Shown: positions 8,892 to 19,635, counted from the stretch's first letter. The stretch: DNA of 64,000 bases from Candidatus Aenigmatarchaeota archaeon (GCA_018920305.1 JAHLMO010000001.1:11473-75472); one strand, 5' to 3'. The notes: generated from the letters alone by a model not told the origin. Made by a program: numbers and translations.

Positions 8892-9908
8892 TTAAATTTT
8901 TACTAAATTAATTGGATTTCCATTTATAAAGCTTATAATATTTTCTAACGTAATTCTTCTAATTTCTTGAATTGCTTCATAAGTATTAAAAGCATTATGT
9001 GGAGTAATTATTACATTTTTTTCTTTATCTTCCAATTCTATTAGAATATGATTTGCAATTAAACTTTCTAAACTTTCCTTATCCAATTTACCTTTTAATA
9101 AAAGTTCTATTTCTTCTTTTATTAAGTTTTCTCCCTCTAATACATCTAGACCTACCGCTTTTACTTTTCCACTCTTTAAATATTTAACAAGCGCTTTTGT
9201 ATCTATCAAAGCCCCTCTAGCAGTATTTATAATTATTACACCATCTTTCATTTTTTCGAATGCCTCTTCATTAAGTAAATGAAAATTTTCTTTTGTTAAA
9301 TTTGCATGAATAGAAATTATATCAGAATTTCTTAATAATGTATCTAAATCTACATATTCATATCCAATTCTTCTAGCTTCTTCATAATTTGGATAAATAT
9401 CGTAACATATAACTCTCATTCCAAAAGCTTTTGCTATCTCAGCAACTCTTCTACCAATTTTTCCAGCACCAATAATTCCTAAAACTTTCCCCTTTAATTC
9501 AAATCCTCTCAAATTTTCTAAGCTAAAATCTCCTTTTCTTGTTCTTTCAAAACTTTCTATTATTTTTCTAGAAATTGCCAAAATTAATGCAAAAGTATGT
9601 TCAGCAACACTTTCTATTCCATAAGATGGTACATTAGAAACTAAAATATTCTTTTCTTTACATACTTTTAGATCTATATGATCATAACCTGTACTTCTTG
9701 TACAAATAAATTTTAACTTTTTTGCGTTTTTTAAAACTCTTTCATTAATTTTTGAATAAATAAATATACTTACTATATCTGAATTTTCTATTAAATGTGA
9801 GTTTTCTTCATTTAATGGAAAATCATAAAATTCTAGTTCGAATTCTTTTAAATTGTTCTTAAAAAATTCGATATCTTCGTTCGTTACTTCAAAAAAAGTT
9901 ATTCTCAT
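8892..9908 (-). CDS. D-2-hydroxyacid dehydrogenase (D-lactate dehydrogenase-like)
   Basis: TRSTGYDHID, GAGKIG, INTARG, LDVLE, TPHNAF. Confidence 0.9.
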   Translation of the reverse strand: MRITFFEVTNEDIEFFKNNLKEFELEFYDFPLNEENSHLIENSDIVSIFIYSKINERVLKNAKKLKFICTRSTGYDHIDLKVCKEKNILVSNVPSYGIESVAEHTFALILAISRKIIESFERTRKGDFSLENLRGFELKGKVLGIIGAGKIGRRVAEIAKAFGMRVICYDIYPNYEEARRIGYEYVDLDTLLRNSDIISIHANLTKENFHLLNEEAFEKMKDGVIIINTARGALIDTKALVKYLKSGKVKAVGLDVLEGENLIKEEIELLLKGKLDKESLESLIANHILIELEDKEKNVIITPHNAFNTYEAIQEIRRITLENIISFINGNPINLVKI

Positions 9909-10514
9909 CTAATTACATTTAGTATAGCCACATTCTGGATTTATGCAAGTATAACAACCTTCTTCGACCTTTAAAGTTTTCATTCCGCATTTAGGACAAA
10001 TTTGAAATTTATCATTTATATCTTCTTTAATATTAAAATCTAATATCTTGTTTTCTTCCTTTTTCTCTTTTTCTAACATTCCCATCTCTGTAAAAAATTC
10101 TTCTAAAATCTCAGCTAATTCGCCATAAAAAGATGCTATATATTTTCCATTTTTAAAATATCCAGTACCGTTTGGATCATATACACTTCTTAATTCCTCT
10201 AATATAAATGTAGGATCTTCTGTTCTTCTAAATATCGCAGATAGTAATCTAGTTAAAATCACAAACTCTGCAGCTTTTGTTAAATCTTTTGAATTTAAAA
10301 AAATTTCAAATGGCCTTACTTTATTACCATCTTTTATATAACCGATCGTAACAAAAACACTATGCTTTACAAATCTACTTTTTAATTTATATACTCTAGC
10401 ATCAATTACATAAGGTCTTTCTAAAGGTTTTGCTAAAGAAGTTTCATTTAATTCTTTTAATTCTTTCTTATCAGAAATCTCTTTTACTTTCTTAATCTTG
10501 GATAAAACAATCAT
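9909..10514 (-). CDS. Class II RNR C-terminal subunit (TSCPD-like domain plus Zn ribbon; NrdJb-like)
   Basis: RPFEIFLNS, TRLLSAIFR, C-terminal CPKC...EEGCYTCINPECGYTKC; directly downstream of nrdJ. Confidence 0.8.
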   Translation of the reverse strand: MIVLSKIKKVKEISDKKELKELNETSLAKPLERPYVIDARVYKLKSRFVKHSVFVTIGYIKDGNKVRPFEIFLNSKDLTKAAEFVILTRLLSAIFRRTEDPTFILEELRSVYDPNGTGYFKNGKYIASFYGELAEILEEFFTEMGMLEKEKKEENKILDFNIKEDINDKFQICPKCGMKTLKVEEGCYTCINPECGYTKCN

Positions 10515-10516
10515 AA

Positions 10517-13048
10517 TTAATTATCTTCTATTTTTATATTTCCTTCTTTTATTAAATGATAAATTGTTGTCATTCTATTATTTATTACTAAAATTTCATC
10601 TCCTCTAACTCTATAAATATTTCCATTTTCATCTTCTATTTCAAAAATTTTAGAAGCAATTTCTTCAAATTCGCTCTTTTCTTTTATTTCTTTTAAAACT
10701 GGAAATCTACTTCCTTCTCTATAAATTGTTACACTTTTTAATCCTTTCTTCCAAGCATAGATATATAAATCAGAAATTACTTCTGGATGTATATCTGCTG
10801 GTAAATTAATTGTGCTTGAAATACTATGATCTATATATTTTTGAGCTATAGCTTGAATTTCTACTCTTCTAAATGGATCTATATAATGAGCAGTTTTAAA
10901 AAAACAAGAAGGTAAAATTTTCTTTAATTCATTAATATCAACATTTTGTGCAATCTCATTTAAATTATTCATATCTAAATAAGCTTGTATTGTAGAATGG
11001 AAAACTCTAAACATTTTATTTCTTTCAAAACTTTCCGTTCTTCTTAAATAATAAATTGCAAATATTGGTTCGATTCCACCACTAACTCCAATATATACTT
11101 TTCCATTATATTCAAAACTTTTTACGATATTTGAAATGCTTCCAGTTGGTGCAATACTTAATAAGGCTAAATTTCTTATTCCATATTTAGAAATTAATTT
11201 TCTAGTTTTTTTGCTTAATGCTTCCTTAGCAAAAGGATTTTGTAAATATTTTTCATAATCAATATCTAACTTTCCTTTTTCTTTAGCTAATAACGCACTG
11301 TATTTGTATGCATAATTAGCTATAAACCTCATTACTTTTTCCAAAACTTTTTGAGCCTCTTCACTATCATAATCTAAAAGTAATTGAATAAACATATCTG
11401 CAATTCCCATAACTCCTAAGCCAATTCTTCTAGTTTTTCTAGAAGCTTCTCTTTGCTTTTCCAATGGATGTAAAAGAATATTCCAACTAATTACGTTATC
11501 TAAAAATCTTATTGAATGCTTAACTACTTTCTTTAATAAATTAAAATCTATTTTCGCATTTTTAGTAAATGGATATAAAACAAATCTAGAGAGATTTATA
11601 GATCCCAAATTGCAAGCACCACCATCTTCTAACGGAACTTCACTACAAGGATTTGTTGTTATTATTGGAAATCCTACATAATCGCTAGGACTATACTTTT
11701 TCATTCTACTCCAAAACATTATACCTGGTTCTGCAGTTTTATAATTACTTTCAACGAATTTATTCCAAATATCTCTTGCTTTTACTAATTTTAAAATTTT
11801 GCCAGTTTGTTCACTTTCAAAATACAATAGAAAATCTCCAGCATATCTTATTGCTAAATCAAAATCTTCATTTTTTAATTCTATAACATAATCTCCAAAA
11901 ATATCTCTCTTATTTACATCTTTCAAATCTTCCTCTTTAATATCGACTCTATATTTTTCTTGCAAATATTTTTTCAAATCTTCAAAACTTTCAAATACTT
12001 TTTCCAAAGTGTATTTCTCTATGTCTTTGCCAGGAATTCCGTATGAATAATGAATATCTTGAATGTTTTTTACACTTTTTATTATTCCCTTATAATTTTT
12101 TCTATAAACTAATATTTTGTTTTCATATTTGTTTTGTTCCTCTAAGGCATGCATGATTTCATCGCTAACTTTTATGCTTATGTTTGCAAATCTTACTTGA
12201 GTATTTTCCATTATCTTTTTTTCAATTTCTTTTAATTCTTCTTCGCTAAATTTATCTGAAAACCTTAATTCTTCAATTATTTGAGAAGTTATCCAGTTTG
12301 GTACATGTTTAGCATCTATAAAATCAAAAACATCTGGATGTTTCACATCTATACTTAACATTAAAGCTCCTCTTCTTCCTTCTTGTCCAATTAGTCCTGT
12401 AGTTAAAGAATATAATTCCATAAAGCTTACGCTACCTGTAGATTTTAATGCAGCATTATGAACTACAGAATTTTTTGGTCTTAAAACGCTAATATCAATT
12501 CCTACTCCACCACCATAAGAATACGTTCTTGCAGCTTCATATGCTGCTTTATAAATTCCCTCTATGCTATCATCTTCTATAATAACTACAAAACAATTAG
12601 CTAAAGTTTTAACTCTAAATAAATCACCAGCACCAGCCAATACTCTTCCACCTGGTAAAAAATATCCTTCATACATTAAGTTGTAAAAAATTCTTGCATA
12701 TTTAATCGCATTTTCCTCTTTTTCTTCTGCAGAGGCTACAAAGGATGCAACCCTTAAAAATACATGCTCTGGCCTTTCTTCAATAAAATTTCCATCTAAA
12801 TCCTTTAAATAATATTTATTTTTATAAATGCTTTTTGCTAATTCGTTTGTTGCTAAATAATTTGGATTTGATGGCAACAAATCTTTATCGTACATTTCTA
12901 AAAGTTTGAAATAAATTTTTTTGTACTTTTCTATTCTTTCTATACCTAAAATTTTTACAATTTTTTTTGAAGGATTGTTAAACATTCTTAACATACCTTG
13001 GGCCAATTTTATACTTTCTTCTTTTTTTAAAGTTTTTAGAATTTCCAT
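10517..13048 (-). CDS. nrdJ: Adenosylcobalamin-dependent (class II) ribonucleotide reductase, catalytic subunit
   Basis: PGGRVL, NCFV, RRGALM, TNPCSE, CNLGSINL, GLGVMG, IAPTG, SISSTINLP, TIYREGSR. Confidence 0.95.
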   Translation of the reverse strand: MEILKTLKKEESIKLAQGMLRMFNNPSKKIVKILGIERIEKYKKIYFKLLEMYDKDLLPSNPNYLATNELAKSIYKNKYYLKDLDGNFIEERPEHVFLRVASFVASAEEKEENAIKYARIFYNLMYEGYFLPGGRVLAGAGDLFRVKTLANCFVVIIEDDSIEGIYKAAYEAARTYSYGGGVGIDISVLRPKNSVVHNAALKSTGSVSFMELYSLTTGLIGQEGRRGALMLSIDVKHPDVFDFIDAKHVPNWITSQIIEELRFSDKFSEEELKEIEKKIMENTQVRFANISIKVSDEIMHALEEQNKYENKILVYRKNYKGIIKSVKNIQDIHYSYGIPGKDIEKYTLEKVFESFEDLKKYLQEKYRVDIKEEDLKDVNKRDIFGDYVIELKNEDFDLAIRYAGDFLLYFESEQTGKILKLVKARDIWNKFVESNYKTAEPGIMFWSRMKKYSPSDYVGFPIITTNPCSEVPLEDGGACNLGSINLSRFVLYPFTKNAKIDFNLLKKVVKHSIRFLDNVISWNILLHPLEKQREASRKTRRIGLGVMGIADMFIQLLLDYDSEEAQKVLEKVMRFIANYAYKYSALLAKEKGKLDIDYEKYLQNPFAKEALSKKTRKLISKYGIRNLALLSIAPTGSISNIVKSFEYNGKVYIGVSGGIEPIFAIYYLRRTESFERNKMFRVFHSTIQAYLDMNNLNEIAQNVDINELKKILPSCFFKTAHYIDPFRRVEIQAIAQKYIDHSISSTINLPADIHPEVISDLYIYAWKKGLKSVTIYREGSRFPVLKEIKEKSEFEEIASKIFEIEDENGNIYRVRGDEILVINNRMTTIYHLIKEGNIKIEDN

Positions 13049-13092
13049 AGTAGTATATACTGCTAAGAATTTTTATAGATTTCTATAATATT

Positions 13093-14070
13093 ATGACAGA
13101 ATTTGTTATATGGGCAGAAAAATATAGGCCAAATAGAATAGATGATTTAATAGATCAGGAACATGTAAAAGAAAGAGTAAAAATGTTTTTAAAAGAAAAA
13201 AATTTGCCACATATGCTATTTACAGGCCCACCAGGAACTGGAAAAACTACATTAGCTTTAATAATTGCAAAAGAAATATATGGAGAAAATTGGAAAGCAA
13301 ATGTTTTAGAATTAAATGCTTCCGATGAGAGAGGAATAGATGTTATTAGAGGAAAAGTAAAGGAATTTGCAAGAACAAAAGCTATCGGAGATTTTCCCTT
13401 CAAAATAATTATAATGGACGAAGCAGATGCATTAACTCAAGAAGCTCAACAAGCATTAAGAAGAACTATGGAAGATTTTTCTTCAGTTACGAGATTCATA
13501 CTATGTTGTAACTATTCTTCTAAAATAATTGAACCTATCCAATCTAGATGTGCTGTTTTTAGATTTAAAGCACTACCAGAAAAAGCTCAAAGAGAGTTTA
13601 TAGATAGAATTGTTAAAGGAGAAAATTTAGAAATAGATGAAAAAGCGATAGAAGCAATAATTAATATTGCTGAAGGTGATTTAAGAAAAGTTGCAAATTT
13701 ATTACAAGCAGCTGCCTCTATATCTAAAAAAATTACCGCAGATATGATATATGAAGTTGCTTCATTAGCTAAGCCAAAAGAAGTTGAAGAAATGCTAAAT
13801 TTAGCATTATCTGGAACAATTGAAGGATTTAACAAGGCAAGAGAAAAATTAATATACTTTATAGTTAAAGAAGGTTTGGCTGGAGAAGATTTAATAAAAG
13901 AAATTTATAGACAAGCATTGAAATTAAATATTCAAGATGATAAAAAAATAGAATTAATAGAAAAAATTGGAGAGTATGAATTTAGAATTAATGAAGGTGG
14001 AGATGCACTAATTCAACTAACAGCTTTATTAGCTCAAATAGCTTTAATTGGAAAATCTATTAAGAAATGA
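13093..14070 (+). CDS. rfcS: Replication factor C small subunit
   Basis: [32 protein letters not shown] motif. Confidence 0.95.
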   Translation: MTEFVIWAEKYRPNRIDDLIDQEHVKERVKMFLKEKNLPHMLFTGPPGTGKTTLALIIAKEIYGENWKANVLELNASDERGIDVIRGKVKEFARTKAIGDFPFKIIIMDEADALTQEAQQALRRTMEDFSSVTRFILCCNYSSKIIEPIQSRCAVFRFKALPEKAQREFIDRIVKGENLEIDEKAIEAIINIAEGDLRKVANLLQAAASISKKITADMIYEVASLAKPKEVEEMLNLALSGTIEGFNKAREKLIYFIVKEGLAGEDLIKEIYRQALKLNIQDDKKIELIEKIGEYEFRINEGGDALIQLTALLAQIALIGKSIKK

Positions 14071-14267
14071 TAGATAAAGAACTATTAGATATCTTAGCTT
14101 GTCCAAAATGTAAAGGAGATTTAGAATTAAAAGAAATGTTTTTAGTATGTTATAATTGCAAGTTGGCTTTTCCTATTTTAGACGATGTCCCAGATTTACT
14201 ATTAGAAGATGCCTGGAAATTAGAAGATGCCGAAAAAAACAACTTTAAACACCAACTTCATTTATGA
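14067..14267 (+). CDS. Trm112 family protein
   Basis: [14 protein letters not shown]...C..C...[11 protein letters not shown]. Confidence 0.85.
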   Translation: MIDKELLDILACPKCKGDLELKEMFLVCYNCKLAFPILDDVPDLLLEDAWKLEDAEKNNFKHQLHL

Positions 14268-15039
14268 TTTTTTTATATAAATTTTTTGCTTTTTCATAAC
14301 TTTTCATATCGTTAATTGGTAACCAAATATCGTGTGAAACAAATAGACTATATAATTTTCTTTCTTTTGATAATTTAGGTAATATTATATCTTCAAATTC
14401 TATTGATTTTAGTTCATTTAAATCGATATATTCATCTATCAAATCTATTACTTCTTTTTCTAGTAAATACATTCCTATAGATACAAAAACATTCATTAAT
14501 GGTTTTTCAATAAAATCTATAATAAAGTTATTTTCTACTTTTGCAACCCCAAAAGGAAATTCAAAACCATTAGTTAATACAATTGTTCCTAAGATATCAT
14601 ATCTTTTTCTAACTTCTAAATGAGTTAATAATAATTTAATTGGTAAGAAATTATCTAATTTTAAATCATCTGGAAAAGATATTATAATTCTTTCTCTTTT
14701 CAAAATTCCTACTTCATATGCATATTTTAATGCTTTTCCTTTTCCCCAATTACTTGTTTTAGGATCTATGCAAATTTCATAATTTATTTTATCTCTATAG
14801 TTTCTTTTTTCTAAATGATCTATTATTTGATCTGCATATTTTCCAAGCAAAAATATGAAATTCCTAAATCCGCAACTAAAATATAAATCAATTTCTTTAT
14901 CTAAGAGTGTATAATTTTCAGAAAGTTCTAATAAAGCTTTAGGCATATCTATATTCATTCTTTTTCCGCTTCCACCAGCTAAAATTACTACTTTTGTATC
15001 TCTAATTTCTTTCTCAATTTCTTTAAAAACATTACTCAT
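14245..15039 (-). CDS. Sugar-phosphate nucleotidyltransferase family protein
   Basis: VILAGGSGKRM...PKAL, FIEKP. Confidence 0.85.
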   Translation of the reverse strand: MSNVFKEIEKEIRDTKVVILAGGSGKRMNIDMPKALLELSENYTLLDKEIDLYFSCGFRNFIFLLGKYADQIIDHLEKRNYRDKINYEICIDPKTSNWGKGKALKYAYEVGILKRERIIISFPDDLKLDNFLPIKLLLTHLEVRKRYDILGTIVLTNGFEFPFGVAKVENNFIIDFIEKPLMNVFVSIGMYLLEKEVIDLIDEYIDLNELKSIEFEDIILPKLSKERKLYSLFVSHDIWLPINDMKSYEKAKNLYKKIINEVGV

Positions 15040-15074
15040 ATTATATTTATTTTTTAACGTTAATTATAAGATGT

Positions 15075-15482
15075 ATGATATTAGGCTATTCCATAACATA
15101 TTTGAATGCAGAAAAATTTGAAATAAAGGAAAATATAAATAAACTCGATATTAATACAAGCTTAAATATAAAAAATATACAAGAAATGAAAGTTCAGCAA
15201 GAGAAAAAACAACAAAAAGTATTAAAAGTAGATTTCGAATTTTTAGTTAACTATGAACCAAAAATTGGAGAAATTAGAATAGAAGGTTATTTAATTTATT
15301 CTGGAAAAGATATGGAAGAGATCTTAGAAAAATGGCAAAAAGATAAAAAAATTGAAAACAAAGAATTTGAAATAGAAGTAAAAAATTTTATATTAAGAAG
15401 AGGTGTTATAATATCGACATTTTTAAGTGAATACCTCGCTATTCATCCACCGATACCAATACCTCAAATTTTACCTAAATAA
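15075..15482 (+). CDS. Conserved archaeal hypothetical protein
   Basis: Clean ORF; FEFLVNYEPKIGEIRIEG and C-terminal PPIPIP pattern. Confidence 0.6.
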   Translation: MILGYSITYLNAEKFEIKENINKLDINTSLNIKNIQEMKVQQEKKQQKVLKVDFEFLVNYEPKIGEIRIEGYLIYSGKDMEEILEKWQKDKKIENKEFEIEVKNFILRRGVIISTFLSEYLAIHPPIPIPQILPK

Positions 15483-15486
15483 TTTA

Positions 15487-15951
15487 ATGTTAGAAGAATT
15501 AATAAAAGATTTATCATATTTAGGTTTTTTTATAGCTGGTTTGATAAGCTCTTCAACAATCTTTTTCCCTATACCATTTTATTTTTTAATAGCAATTTCA
15601 CCAAAATTAGGATTAAACCCTTATATAGCTGCATTATTTAGTGCTGCTGGAGCTACGTTAGGAGAATTAACGTCATACTTTGTTGGTCAAGGTATTTCTT
15701 CTTATGCATGGAACAAATTAAAAGAAAATAAAACATACAAGAGAATGATAAGATTATTTGAAAAATATGGAAGTCGAATATTAATAGTTTTTTCTTTTTC
15801 TCCCTTACCTTTTGATTTTATTGGAATCATGTGTGGATTTTTAAAATATGATCTAAAAAAATTTTTAATAATAACATTTATAGGTAAGTTATTTAAAATG
15901 TTATTAATAGCTTATTTTGGAGAAATCGCACTACATTATATAGGATGGTAA
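15487..15951 (+). CDS. DedA/VTT (SNARE-associated) membrane protein
   Basis: FFPIP, GATLGELTSYFVG, SPLPFD, GKLFK; start moved to in-frame ATG at 15487. Confidence 0.85.
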   Translation: MLEELIKDLSYLGFFIAGLISSSTIFFPIPFYFLIAISPKLGLNPYIAALFSAAGATLGELTSYFVGQGISSYAWNKLKENKTYKRMIRLFEKYGSRILIVFSFSPLPFDFIGIMCGFLKYDLKKFLIITFIGKLFKMLLIAYFGEIALHYIGW

Positions 15952-16295
15952 AAGAAATAAAGCAAGTAATAGTTATTAGAACTGATTTAGAAATGGGAAA
16001 AGGAAAAATGATATCCCAAGCTTGTCATGCAAGTTTAGAAGCTTATAAACTAGCTCCACCATATTTTAAAAATAAATGGAAATTTTTTGGATATAAGAAA
16101 GTAGTTCTAAAAGTTTCCAGCTTAGAAGAATTGTTAAAAATATATGAAGAAGCAAAAAAAGAAAAAATACCTTGTGTATTAATAAAAGATGCAGGAAAAA
16201 CTCAATTAGAAAGCGGAACTATTACTTGCGTTGCACTTGGTCCATACTATTCAGAAAAAATCGATAAAATTACAAAAAATCTAAAATTATTATGA
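15945..16295 (+). CDS. pth2: Peptidyl-tRNA hydrolase Pth2
   Basis: KQVIVIRTDLEMGKGK..SQACHAS, KKVVLKV, DAGKTQ, GP. Confidence 0.95.
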   Translation: MVKEIKQVIVIRTDLEMGKGKMISQACHASLEAYKLAPPYFKNKWKFFGYKKVVLKVSSLEELLKIYEEAKKEKIPCVLIKDAGKTQLESGTITCVALGPYYSEKIDKITKNLKLL

Positions 16296-16408
16296 AAAGA
16301 AAAAAGAAAAGATTAGAAAAAGAAATCGAAGAATTTGCATTAAAAGAATTTTATAAATTTATTAAGAAGATAAGAAAAAATGAAAAGAATTTAAGATATA
16401 TTGGTTAG
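16292..16408 (+). CDS. Putative 38-aa microprotein resembling the Cdc48 C-terminal tail
   Basis: Manual translation [38 protein letters not shown]; ATGA overlap with pth2 stop; fills the gap to cdc48 exactly. Confidence 0.6.
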   Translation: MKRKKKRLEKEIEEFALKEFYKFIKKIRKNEKNLRYIG

Positions 16409-18693
16409 CCTATATATCTTTCTTTTCTTCTTTCTGTTTCTATTACTCTTTTCTTCAATCTCTCTTCGAACTTCTTATAAAATTCTATCATTTCCTTAGA
16501 AATAGATGGTTTTACTATTTCTAATGCCTTTTCAAAATGAATTGCTTTAATTAACATTTTTTCTGGCTCTATCTTTTTTTCTATAGCCTCTCTTAAAGCT
16601 AAAATAGCTGCTTCTTTACATATCGCTTCTAAATCAGCTCCACTATAGTTTTCTGCTTTTTCTGCAATTTTTTCTAAATCAACGTCTTTATCTAATGGCA
16701 TGTTTCTTGTATGAATTTTAAGAATTTCTAATCTGCCTTTTGCATCTGGTGGGGGAACATAAATTAATCTATCAAATCTTCCTGGCCTCAATAATGCTGG
16801 ATCTAATATATCTGGTCTGTTTGTAGCTGCAATAACTACTACATTTTTTAAATCTTTTATTCCACTCATTTCCGTTAATAATTGTGCAACTACATTTTCT
16901 GTAATTCTTGTACCAACTTCTAATCCTCTCATAGGAGCAATAGCATCTATTTCGTCTATAAAAATAATGCTTGGAGAAACTTCTCTTGCTTTTCTAAATA
17001 TCTCTCTTATTGCTTTTTCGCTTTCACCAACCCACTTACTAAATATTTCTGGTCCTTTAATAGCAATAAAGTTTGCTCCGCTTTCGTTTGCAACAGCTTT
17101 AGCTAATAATGTTTTTCCTGTTCCTGGTGGACCATATAATAATACTCCCTTTGGCGGTTCTATTCCTAATCTTTCAAAATATTTTGGATATTTTAACGGC
17201 CATTCAACTATTTCTCTTAATTTTTGTTTTACTTCTTCTAATCCACCGATATCTTCCCATTTAACTTTTGGAACTTCTACAAAAACTTCTCTCATTGCGC
17301 TTGGTTGAACAACTCTTAATGCATATTCAAAATCTTCCTTTTTAACGACCAATTTTTCTAAAACTTCTCTTGGAATTTCTCCTTCTTTATAATTTTGAAT
17401 TTCTGGCAAAACTCTTCTTAGTGCATGCATAGCAGCTTCTTTACATAAAGCAGCCAAATCTGCACCTACATAGCCATGAGTAATTTCTGCAATTTTTTCT
17501 AAATCAACGTCTTTATCTAATGGCATGTTTCTTGTATGAATTTTAAGAATTTCTAATCTGCCTTTTGCATCTGGTGGAGGTACTTCTATTTCTCTATCAA
17601 ATCTTCCAGGTCTTCTTAATGCTGGATCTAATGCATTTGGTCTATTAGTTGCTCCAATAACAATAACTTTTCCTCTACTTTTTAATCCATCCATTAAAGC
17701 TAATAATTGGGCTACTATTCTCTTTTCAACTTCACCAACAACTTCTTCTCTTTTAGGAGCAACAGCATCTATTTCATCTATAAAAATAATGCTTGGGGCA
17801 TTTTTTTCTGCTTCTTCAAAAATATCTCTTAATCTTTTTTCACTTTCTCCAAACCACTTACTCATTATTTCAGGACCATTAATAGAAATAAAATATGCTC
17901 CGCTTTCGTTTGCAACAGCTTTAGCTAATAATGTTTTTCCTGTTCCTGGTGGACCATATAATAATACTCCCTTTGGCGGTTCTATTCCTAATCTTTCAAA
18001 AATTTCTGGATGTCTTAGAGGTAATTCAACAATTTCTCTTAATTTTCGTTTTACTTCTTCCAAATCTCCAATATCTTCCCAAGTAATCTTCGGAATTCCC
18101 CTTTCTTCTACTTCTATAAATTTTGGTTTTTCTTTCAAAACTTCTATTACAGTTTCATCATCAATAACTACAATTCCAGAAGGTTCAGTATTTACTACAT
18201 AGAAAGTGATTTGAGGAAATGGATTAAAGAAAAAGAAATCTTCTATATCTTCTCCGAAAATTGTTGATAAAAATTCATCTCTTCTTCTATATATTGGAGA
18301 AGGAACTATCAAATCTCCTTTAACTACAGGTCTTTTTAAAAGACTTTGTTTTAAATAAGAAATGCTAGCTGTAAATATTTTTTCTTCAGCAGGAGCTAAT
18401 ATAACTTTTTTTGCAATTTTATATTCTGCTTTTCTAACTTTTACGTTTTCTCCAACAGAAACTCTAGCGTTTCTTCTTGTAATTCCATCCATTCTTATTA
18501 TATTTAAACCTATATCTGCAGGATAAGCTCTTAAAGCAATTGCAGCTGTTTTTCTTTTTCCTTCTATTTCTACTATTTCTCCCTCTCTAACTCCTATTTT
18601 TAATAAATTGTTTGAATCAATTCTAACAATTCCTTTATAAGATTCTTCTTTCGCAGTTAATTCTCCAACTCTCAATATAAGCTCTTCTGGCAT
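16405..18693 (-). CDS. cdc48: Cdc48/VAT AAA+ ATPase
   Basis: N domain plus two AAA modules ([13 protein letters not shown] x2, IFIDEID x2, RPGRFDR x2); ends ERYIG. Confidence 0.97.
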   Translation of the reverse strand: MPEELILRVGELTAKEESYKGIVRIDSNNLLKIGVREGEIVEIEGKRKTAAIALRAYPADIGLNIIRMDGITRRNARVSVGENVKVRKAEYKIAKKVILAPAEEKIFTASISYLKQSLLKRPVVKGDLIVPSPIYRRRDEFLSTIFGEDIEDFFFFNPFPQITFYVVNTEPSGIVVIDDETVIEVLKEKPKFIEVEERGIPKITWEDIGDLEEVKRKLREIVELPLRHPEIFERLGIEPPKGVLLYGPPGTGKTLLAKAVANESGAYFISINGPEIMSKWFGESEKRLRDIFEEAEKNAPSIIFIDEIDAVAPKREEVVGEVEKRIVAQLLALMDGLKSRGKVIVIGATNRPNALDPALRRPGRFDREIEVPPPDAKGRLEILKIHTRNMPLDKDVDLEKIAEITHGYVGADLAALCKEAAMHALRRVLPEIQNYKEGEIPREVLEKLVVKKEDFEYALRVVQPSAMREVFVEVPKVKWEDIGGLEEVKQKLREIVEWPLKYPKYFERLGIEPPKGVLLYGPPGTGKTLLAKAVANESGANFIAIKGPEIFSKWVGESEKAIREIFRKAREVSPSIIFIDEIDAIAPMRGLEVGTRITENVVAQLLTEMSGIKDLKNVVVIAATNRPDILDPALLRPGRFDRLIYVPPPDAKGRLEILKIHTRNMPLDKDVDLEKIAEKAENYSGADLEAICKEAAILALREAIEKKIEPEKMLIKAIHFEKALEIVKPSISKEMIEFYKKFEERLKKRVIETERRKERYIG
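16659..16752. repeat. 94-bp exact repeat within cdc48 (second copy 17484-17577)
   Basis: Base-by-base identity read by eye; encodes [30 protein letters not shown] in both D1 and D2. Confidence 0.9.
17074..17179. repeat. 106-bp exact repeat within cdc48 (second copy 17896-18001)
   Basis: Base-by-base identity read by eye; encodes [35 protein letters not shown] in both D1 and D2. Confidence 0.9.
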
Positions 18694-18773
18694 AATATTA
18701 TCTTTAAAAATCTTTTTAAAAGAAAAAATAGATCTCCAAAAATTATATTTAAAATTTTACTTTATTATTTTTT

Positions 18774-19625
18774 ATGAATACAATGAAAGAAACTATCGAA
18801 CAAAAAGAAGATTTTGTAAATCTTGTAAAAATTATAGAAAAAAGTTTAAGATCTATTAAGGATGAGTGGAAATTTTTAATTTTGGTTTTTATTCCATGGA
18901 TTCTCTATTTGATATTGCTAGAATTAAAGTTATTGAGACTCGAATTAACCATAGCTAGTATATTCTCAATAACACCTCCAATATTACCATTAGTTGGTAG
19001 CGAGTTATTTATTTCGAATATAAAAATTGACAAGTGGGCTAGTCAATTAGAGTATGCTCTAAAAGCTAAAGATAAAACTGTAATTGAAAATGTCATTAAA
19101 AACATGTTAGCGACGCAAATCTTTTCATTTGGTGTTATTGTATATTATTTTTTCATTTATTCATTATATTCCGGAAAGAAACTTAAAAGAGTTGATTTTA
19201 TCTTCCCTATTCTTCTTGCATTCTTTTTTTCACTTCTAATTGGATATATATCTAAAATTCAATATCTTATTATTTCTCTTTTTAGTCTTATTCTAGCTCT
19301 AGTTATTCCAATTAGAAACGATGGATTTAGTTTTATCGACTCTTTTAGAGAAAGTTTTAAAAGATTTAAAGAAAATTGGTTTGAACTTATTTTAATACTT
19401 TTAATTGTGTTAGGCTTACAGACTTTTGCAACTATTCTAATTAGAGAAGCAGGAAATTTATTACTAGAGTTCTTGAATTTAAGTTACGATGTTAAGAAAA
19501 AGATAGAATTAATCCTAGTTTTTCTTGTATTAAGCGCTATTGTTCTCTTTCAAATTATTCTCTTAACAAATTACTATCTAACTAGAAAAGAAAATAGCAA
19601 ACAAAATCAAACGTTAAATATTTAA
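18774..19625 (+). CDS. Multi-pass membrane protein, function unknown
   Basis: About 6-7 hydrophobic segments; SFRESFKRFKENW amphipathic motif. Confidence 0.6.
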   Translation: MNTMKETIEQKEDFVNLVKIIEKSLRSIKDEWKFLILVFIPWILYLILLELKLLRLELTIASIFSITPPILPLVGSELFISNIKIDKWASQLEYALKAKDKTVIENVIKNMLATQIFSFGVIVYYFFIYSLYSGKKLKRVDFIFPILLAFFFSLLIGYISKIQYLIISLFSLILALVIPIRNDGFSFIDSFRESFKRFKENWFELILILLIVLGLQTFATILIREAGNLLLEFLNLSYDVKKKIELILVFLVLSAIVLFQIILLTNYYLTRKENSKQNQTLNI

Positions 19626-19635
19626 TATTTAATAG

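Noticed and set aside
10517-13048. Possible intein in nrdJ (also checked polB, rfcS, cdc48, topA)
   Set aside because: No C/S-start...HN-C/S/T splice junctions or LAGLIDADG motifs seen
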